DNA from: Lepidodermella squamata
Taxonomy: Eukaryota > Animalia > Gastrotricha
Direction: 5' to 3'
Assembly (NCBI GenBank): GCA_047495785.1
Contig: JBLDXI010000010.1
Location: forward strand, 1,860,001 to 1,924,000
Length of the DNA stretch: 64,000 bases
Shown: positions 56,679-64,000 of the stretch, piece by piece
Numbering within the stretch: position 1 is the stretch's first letter
Layout: the number at the start of each line of letters is the position of its first letter
The notes under the pieces: model-generated
The model's input: the letters and a program-made list of their open reading frames with translations, nothing else
Databases searched by the model: none
Told to the model about the DNA's origin: nothing
Program-made: the position numbers and the translations under genes

Positions 56679-57893
56679 ATGCTGCTCAGAATACTGATAA
56701 AGCTGTTGTTTACCCAGCATTACATACTACATCAAATTGATGCCGATTCAAATTATGCCTCGAATCTCAGCTATGACGAGCTTTCGGTCCAGTTTTTCGA
56801 GAGAGACTGCCCGCTAGCCAAGTCACGTAATTTAATCACGGATCTCGATCTCCAAAATCGAGACTATGCTTTTCCTCTCGAGGTGAGGCTTGATCTATAT
56901 ATCTTTCGAATCATAGAAATCGACGATATAAAACAGAGGTAACGCATTTTGTTCGTCTCAATCGCTCTGGGCAAATTGTTTTTCTTTAGCCTTTCAGCAA
57001 GAGCTGGTCCTGTTATTACCTGGATTATGCCTGAATTCGGTTGTAAGCACCCTGCAGTTCCTGACATGAAAACTAGACTGAAGTTCCGGCGACCTAAATC
57101 TGAAACATTCTACATCGATCTTTATCATTTGAACGCCTTGGACGGATCTGATTGGCTGGGAAAGCTAACTGACTGGGTTGAGTTCCAGGCGTATGAAACC
57201 CCTGTCCAGGCCAATTACTACGGCGAAACGCTGATAGAAACAGCCTGCGAAGGCTTCTCACTAGCGAAATTTCCATTCGATAAAATGTCTTGTTCAATCG
57301 TGGTTGAAGGTTACGCCAACGCAAGTCAGGCCAAAATATCCAGGTACACTATGGGCTATTCCGAGGCTTTACTCCAAGACGGCAATATCTGGCGAGCTTT
57401 GACATCACAGTTCAACGTTTCTCGAATCTCTGTCTACCATCATTCATCAGAATTGGACCAAGTCAAGTTCACTATGGTTTTTCAACGGCAGCATCACTAC
57501 TACATAGGCAACATATTTGTACCCCTTGCTGCTATGGTGATCCTCCAATTTTCGGCCTTCATCATGAGCCCGGAATTTCCTGACCGGCCGACATTCAGCA
57601 TAACCGTCGTGTTAGCCTTCGCTGTACTACTTTCAATCGTTTCTGAGCAGATTCCGAAAACCTCAGAAACTGTCCATCTCATCACGCTGGTTTGCGTTCA
57701 GATGTTGGCATGTGCAGCTATAACGGTTTATATGCAGTTTGCTTGCTATGTTGCAGCGACGAAATGGGGATTGAACATTAACAAATTTTTCCGGATGTGC
57801 AATGTCAGACTGTTAGATTTGGCAGCCTTTGCTGTTACCTTTTCAGCTCTTGCTATTGCCAGTGGTATTCTAATCGGCAAAATGGTTTATTGA
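56679..57893 (+). CDS. Divergent Cys-loop (pLGIC) ion channel subunit, 2 exons
   Basis: Exon 1 MLLRILIKLLF...VRLDLYIFRIIEIDDIKQ; 51-nt GT-AG intron at 56939-56989 restores the frame; Cys-loop CEGFSLAKFPFDKMSC; R..YY..NIFVP M1, PDRPTFSITVVLAF M2, IPKTS M2-M3 loop; four TMs. Confidence 0.88.
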
Positions 57894-58299
57894 TTGATGG
57901 GGAAAGATTAACTGACTATAAAACTTGAATGAGTTGAGTACTGCGTTACAGACTCGCATCTATGCTTGCACGCAAATGCTAAATTTGATTAAAAAACACG
58001 CTCGCCCTCATTTAGAGGACAATTTCGAGGGCCAAAGTGTTTCTTTTTAACCCTGAAACTTGCCATGGGAGGGGAAAATCGCAAAAAGTGCTATATTCGG
58101 TCTGTGGTGAGAAAAATAGGCACCAAGGGTCGATAATTAACTTCTTGTCCTTTTATTTCAATCATTAAAGATTATGCGCGACGAAATTATAAATTAGCAA
58201 TTACAGTTATATTGTCAGCCAATATTTTCGGTATTTAAAGAACACAGCCAAGGACCGATCGGTTATTGTATTCCTTCAGGTACAGGATACTTATAGGAA

Positions 58300-60657
58300 A
58301 TGTTAGCCATCTACTTACTTGCTTTCTTGTTGAGCTCAGCAAAATGTCAGCTGAAGCCTTACAAACTCGCATTCTATGTCCAAAGCCGTATCACTGGTAC
58401 GGAGCCATCAATCCCAACCAATTGCCGAGCTGCCTCAGCCCTGGCCACGGAATTCGCTAACAATAGCACTGCCAGATTATGAGATTCAGCTGGTTTACGG
58501 CGATGAGAAGCCATCTGGTAACAACGCTCCAACGGCCTTCATGGACTTCTATCGGAGATTTTTCGAGAGTTCTGATAGCTCGATTAATCCGTCACCACTG
58601 GCAGCAGGTCCGTGGAATGGATGCCGGGGCATCGGGCGTTTCCTGTACCACATCAACTTCATAAGCCTCTCATCAGCATGTATGCATCCTATTCTTTCGG
58701 ACAGGAAACTATTCCCGAATCTTTAATCTATACCTTTTCGTCACAACAATGATCACCTTCAACTTTGGTTACGTGAAATTCATCAAGACGATCGGAGGCT
58801 GGCGGAATATAGCTATGATTTTGAACCCGGAGAGCTCAAATGATATGGTTGCAGCTTTTCATTTCATGGAGGTTGCTCAGGCTCAAGGCGTGAACGTAAT
58901 TACCTTCGACACAGCCGTCAATTTTGGGCGGCAAAATGCTGTAGATATGAAGAAAAAAGACGTCAGAATCATTGTGATTTACGTTAGTTCTACCTTCAGT
59001 TTACCGGACGTTCTCTGCTCCTTGCATGAGGCTGGGATTAAGGGTTCCAGGTATCTCTTCCTAGGCATAGATTCCGGAATTGGAGGAGTTTACAACGTTT
59101 TTGTCGAAGGGTCCAGGCTCCAGGCAGGCAAGGTGTTCTAAATCTGTTCTTGCTCAGCAACTGAATCAGACTTTCGTTTTCGGAACTGTGGATGGTGACG
59201 GTGGCATGACGGTGGCAAGCGACTTTGGTTACAATCCTACAGAATTCGAGGTTCGGCTTAATGAAAGGACTAATGGAGTGCGAACCTCCGACTACAGTGT
59301 AGCCTACGTTTGCCACGACACTGTAATGCAGTCTGTCATCGCTTTGGACGCAGCTGAAAAAGCTCTGGCAACCAAGAATCTCACACTCAGAGATTTCAGG
59401 CAAAATCCTGATACAATTCTCGAAATCGTGAGGCAGTCCTTTCTAGCAATGACTTATAAGCCTTTGCGTAACTCCTTGGTTAGCTACGATCGAGAAGGCA
59501 ATCTTCAGGGCATGCCATACTTCATCACGCTAATAAATGGGCAAAAAATAGCTCAGATCATTAGTGAAAAGTTGAATTCCAGCGATCCATACGAAAATTC
59601 GAAGATCACTGCGCTGAGCGAAATTCCTTGGCCGACTATAGACGGAAAACCTCCTAAGGACCTGGAAACTAGAGTGGTTCCAAAACCTGGACTCGTCAGA
59701 TATGGCCCTTGCTATTATATCATCAGGCTTTGCTGGATTTTTTGTAACTGTCAAACTTTCAGCGATTGGTTACTCATTTTACAAGGGTGAGCTACCTAAT
59801 TTTCGAACAAAGAAAATTCTAACTTTAATGGGTTGTTCACTTCTACATTTAGCCGCAGTAACTTTTGTCTTGAAGACGGCAATTTAGCCCTTATGCCGTG
59901 TGGATTAGTCGAACGTTTTTCGAGATAATTTCGAGATCACTTTCATTACTTCAATCACGACGTTTCATGTTCTCTTTTGTTACCTGGAGATGAAAAAAAA
60001 CGAGATAGGACTGCCGTGGATCGCAGCTTATCATCCCGCAAATCGTCAACTGTAAAACACTTGATTCTCGAGCCAATCGAAAACAAAGAAGGTTCGGCGA
60101 CGAAAGCATCGGTTTGCTTTACCTTAGCCATAATACTCATTCTGTGTCTGTGGATTTTTGTCATAGACACACCGCAGTGTTTTGAGACCAGGTTTGGATC
60201 AGGCTACCGAGACGAAACCGCAGATAAATTTGTCGAAAGCTACGTGAGGATTTGCGCCACGGCTATTCAAATGTCTTGGCTAGGCGCGATCGTATCAGCT
60301 AATTACGTCCTACTAATCACAGCAGGTTTCACTCTGTTCAGTTTAAAGCAATCTGGCAGGGCTTTTATGCTGCCAGAGTTTAAAGAAACAGCGCTGATAA
60401 TCTTGAACTTGATGACGATGATACCGTTCATGTGTCTCGTCTTGTTGATCCTTAGGAACCCTTTGGACCAGCAACTCGCAGTGTCTGTGGATGATATAAC
60501 TCTCTATGCCGTAATTTCGCTGCTGGTGATGAAGACAATGATATTCAGAAGCGACTCGGATATCTCTTACCGGTCAAGCAGCGCGGCTTTTGGTTCAGCG
60601 TTTGGTTCAAGCCGATATGCATCCCAACCGCCGCGAAGCTCATCCTTAATGACTTGA
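58300..60657 (+). pseudogene. Class C GPCR paralog 4, pseudogene (closest to paralog 1)
   Basis: Collinear fragments in several frames (58300-, 58376-, 58749-, 59080-, 59702-, 59977-) with frameshifts and stops (e.g. TAA at 58724, TAG at ~59885). Confidence 0.85.
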
Positions 60658-61157
60658 AGGAAATTTGCAGAGCATTATGACGATGAAGGCTGGATTTCCT
60701 CAAACTTCAAAGTTTTGAGAAAGTGTGAACAAGTAAAAAGTTTTAACATCGTTTTTTTCTTATGTTCCAATTGTGGATTCAGCTTCAATGATTTAGCTAA
60801 ACGCTAAACTCGCGGTCCGAAACCATGCAAAGCCACGCAAACTCAAAATAAATACAGTCCAAACCAGCGACAAAATGAAATGCCTTGACCGGTGAAGAAT
60901 GTATAATTTAGAGACAAATTACAGAAAGCGAGTCGGGAGCAAAATATGCGAATGGGTTGGAGAATCAAATTCGAATGCGAAGTCTATTCACATCACGTAA
61001 GCCTTGCCATCCAAGACGAACAGGTCTGGATTCTGGAATGAGCGCCCATAGCCTCAACTTGTTCTGCTACTTCATTTACACTCAAGTGATGCATGAAGAT
61101 TCCTCTCTGGCTTTTTCAATTCCCAATTATTTATGATTTCCAGTTCGTAACAACATA

Positions 61158-61406
61158 CAGTGTGCGACTTTCAGGGGGGAGGGGGGGGGGGGGGGGATGG
61201 GGGGATCATCCCCCCAGCTCGGCCGGGCTTGACAGCAAAATGAGAATTTATCCCACTGTTTCGTTAATTTTGAGAGGTTGTAGAGCTTGCTTTAGAGGAA
61301 AATCTTCAAAATTGTCTCGCTTCGCTCGGTTATTCGCCGGTTATTTGGCAAATACAGCAAAAATATGTCCATCCCCGGCAGCTCCGGGATCGGAGATCGC
61401 ACCCTG
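61158..61406. mobile_element. hAT-type MITE
   Basis: ACAACATA|CAGTGTGCGA ... TCGCACCCTG|ATAACATA (8-bp TSD, 7/8 match); poly-G tract; a related end occurs at ~49270-49330. Confidence 0.75.
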
Positions 61407-61431
61407 ATAACATATTCCCTTTGTGATATAG

Positions 61432-61800
61432 ATCTATCGTTTTGTTATCACGATTCTTCTTGTTGCAACAATCGCCTGCACTTTTGGTGAGGCCAGGAGA
61501 AGGAGGCGCCGTTTTGACGATGATAAATACAAAGACTACTTCGGCGGTTACGTTTGGCCAGCGGGATTACCCCATGACGATGAAGTCCCACCAGGGCGGC
61601 CGGGAAGTGATAAGCGATGCAAGTACGTGCCTGACGGTAGTCGCCTATGTCCAAAGATTTTGAAGTGGTATCCCTCTTTCATTGTTTTTGATGCTGAAAA
61701 GCAACGATGTGTTGTTGAACCTGGGGACTGTTACGTTACTGAGGTACGCAGCATGTCTTTCCACACATTCTCTCAATGCAAAGCAACATGCATTGGCTAA
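61432..61800 (+). CDS. Single-domain atypical Kunitz-like protein lacking an in-frame ATG (3' exon or disrupted gene); not in the ORF track
   Basis: After ...GATATAG the frame reads IYRFVITILLVATIACTFGEARRRRRRFDDDKY...RCKYVPDGSRLCPKILKWYPSFIVFDAEKQRCVVEPGDCYVTEVRSMSFHTFSQCKATCIG*; AATAAA at ~61819. Confidence 0.7.
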   Translation: MYRFVITILLVATIACTFGEARRRRRRFDDDKYKDYFGGYVWPAGLPHDDEVPPGRPGSDKRCKYVPDGSRLCPKILKWYPSFIVFDAEKQRCVVEPGDCYVTEVRSMSFHTFSQCKATCIG

Positions 61801-62155
61801 AATTCATGGGCTATCCCGAATAAAAAATGACTATTGATATCCATTGTTAAAATTCGAAAGCCAGATTTGGCATGTTTATCTGCGAGTGCGCACTCGACCG
61901 TGTTTTTTATTGGCTCAACGCCGATACAGGTCACTGCTTATCACACACCGACGCTGATGATAACAATGCGCTGAATCACAGCAGCACAACAACATTCCAA
62001 ATACCAGAAAAACACACGTATCACATATCGTGAAGCTTATATGCTAATTTCACGCTTTTCACGCTTATAAAAACGCAAAGCACCGCCAGTAAATTCAATC
62101 AATTTCAAAACAATCTTTTTTATTGTAAAACGATACATTCTATTGTTATTAAAAA

Positions 62156-62683
62156 ATGACTGGTTCATTGTTTCAAGCCTTCATCTGTGCAACTGCAATC
62201 CTCGGAGCTTCCTGCTGCCTCTGGGGCGACAAATCCACTGAGGAATTAGTTGTCCAACGTTCGAATGATCAACGCTGCTCCTACCAACCGGCAGATATCG
62301 CTTGCATGATCGGCGGCAGCCCTGATTTCATTGTTTTCGACTCAAGAACCGGCGAATGTGTTAGGGAGAACGGCGCCTGTCGCGTTTCTGAGGTTAGGAA
62401 AGTGTCCTTCAAATCAGCGGCCGAGTGCCGTGAGATCTGTGGTGGAACGACCAAGTCGAACCCGGAATCGGACCCTGTCAGCACCGAGGAGCTGTGCAGC
62501 TACAACCCAGCCCTTGCTGGTCCTTGCTACATGCGCTTCCCGAATGGACCGTACACTGTTTTCAATGCTGAGACCAAGAAGTGTGAGGAGCAACACGGCG
62601 GCTGTGACGAGACTGTTGTCAAACGTCATTCGCATCAGGATAAATTCAACTGTGAATACGCTTGCAAGGACTACATGAACTAA
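62156..62683 (+). CDS. Secreted two-domain atypical Kunitz-like protein (paralog of 51864..52406)
   Basis: Signal peptide; shared RCS..P...CMIGG...VFDS..G.C and CSY.P..AG.C...PY..FN.ETK.CEEQ..GCDE.VV; TATAAAA at ~62067. Confidence 0.82.
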   Translation: MTGSLFQAFICATAILGASCCLWGDKSTEELVVQRSNDQRCSYQPADIACMIGGSPDFIVFDSRTGECVRENGACRVSEVRKVSFKSAAECREICGGTTKSNPESDPVSTEELCSYNPALAGPCYMRFPNGPYTVFNAETKKCEEQHGGCDETVVKRHSHQDKFNCEYACKDYMN

Positions 62684-64000
62684 GAGCAAGATACTGTTAA
62701 CTATGTACGATAATTGTAATGAATCTCGGGCTGGTTCCGCAAAAATCCTGAGATCGAGTAGAATTTAAACCGGTAGAATTTATTAGACGATAGATTTTGT
62801 AAAAATAAAAGCTTGGAAATTGAATCGATTTGTTTTTCTACGATTTCAGCTTTGTTACGTGCGCGGAATCTGAGTTAAAATCCTCATTTATCATCGCAAG
62901 CTTAGACTGGTTCGATGAAACATGCTAGGTAAATAATAATTCTAACATCCGCATATAGCTAGTTTTGAGATAGTGGTCTTACTCCTGACTAGGCCTGCAA
63001 ACGCCAAGGGCACCAAATGTTGTGATGAATCAGCATCGAGGGGTTGGAAAATGGAAAAGTAAACAAATCAGGTGATTTTTCCTTTTCCGATTTTTCATTC
63101 ATGGAAATCTCCTCCAAGACGCGATTCTTTTTTCGAAATTTTCAGAGCGATGTAAAGCAGAGAAATCGAGAATAAACAATTTCCAAATGGATGAGTCCCG
63201 GAGCTGGGGTGTTGCAACCCAGCACCCCTAATTCGCACTCGCGTTTCGCACGGTCACTTCACACTTGAGCGGCTTCCTAAAAAATATTTCAAAACAGCAC
63301 CACTACCAAGTGAGCCTCCGATATACGTCTACACTACGGTCGGAAGTCGGAAACGTTGAAGTTAATGAATATTGAACTATAGAAGGATTGCATTACGAGC
63401 TTCGTCAATGACGAATCTCAAATGGAAGAAAACGGAGCGAACTAAAATAAAAGTAGCGACTGTAAATAGTCAATTTTAGGAGGGTTCGGAGCCCTTTTTC
63501 ACCGAAAAAATCGAAAAATTTCTCGCTTCCCCCGTTTCAAGGGTTAAAATCATGGTTAATTGTCCCCCATGCCGAGAAAACGGTATTCCGGAAGCGAGCG
63601 CAATTTTTGTGTTGCTAATATTAGGAACACACCAGCTCGAAAATCCTACTTCGCACACTGCACCCGATGTTTTCTCCGAAAACAACCGTGCAAGCCCTAT
63701 AGTTTATTTTAATTAAAAACGTTCAAAAAAGTATATCGATCAAAAAGTACTCGATAAATTCAAATAAAGAATGTGAATCGCTGTCCAACGGGTATACACG
63801 AAAACGATCAAAAATAAAGCATACAAATAGTCGCCGTATCGCACAGGAAACCTAGCATAAACGTCACAGCAAACGCCAAGCCATCCATTATATCGATATT
63901 CCGGAGCTTCCATCTCGTATATTCACCCTCAAGGTATATTCCAGCGTTAACACTGTTAGTCAATCGACAAATGATGAGGCAATAAATCGAGACGAGAACT

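Noticed and set aside
58300-60657. Programmed frameshifting or tiny introns rescuing GPCR paralog 4
   Set aside because: There are multiple independent small indels and stops without GT-AG boundaries, and the paralogs are intronless; decay (or assembly error) is simpler.

Overview
This is eukaryotic (metazoan, probably invertebrate) genomic DNA with about 40% GC, mostly intronless genes and very short (51-54 nt) GT-AG introns. No rRNA, intact tRNA or CRISPR array is present. The genes are four GABA-B-like class C GPCR paralogs (one running off the left edge, one frameshifted), two IRG-like P-loop GTPases (one with an in-frame stop), a signal-peptide + 4 Sushi + ankyrin-repeat gene, two inverted copies of a secreted 15-aa-repeat (SRQQQQSGSGSAAPK) protein, a C2H2 zinc-finger gene, a papain-family protease, six atypical Kunitz-like loci, a divergent Cys-loop channel subunit and a 620-aa orphan ORF. 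Transposon debris includes a P-element/THAP9-type transposase split by two insertions whose removal restores the frame, many MITEs (one carrying an inverted pair of tRNA-like cassettes), a KRBA2/SCAND3-like integrase remnant and a 5'-truncated LINE. The best novelty candidates are (1) the 620-aa ORF, which looks like a toxin-type Zn deaminase (AISG...HCAE...CPIC) split by a ~465-aa insert, (2) the secreted Sushi-furin site-ankyrin protein, and (3) the clustered secreted set of repeat proteins, protease and non-canonical Kunitz proteins. All calls come from reading motifs by eye; no searches were run.
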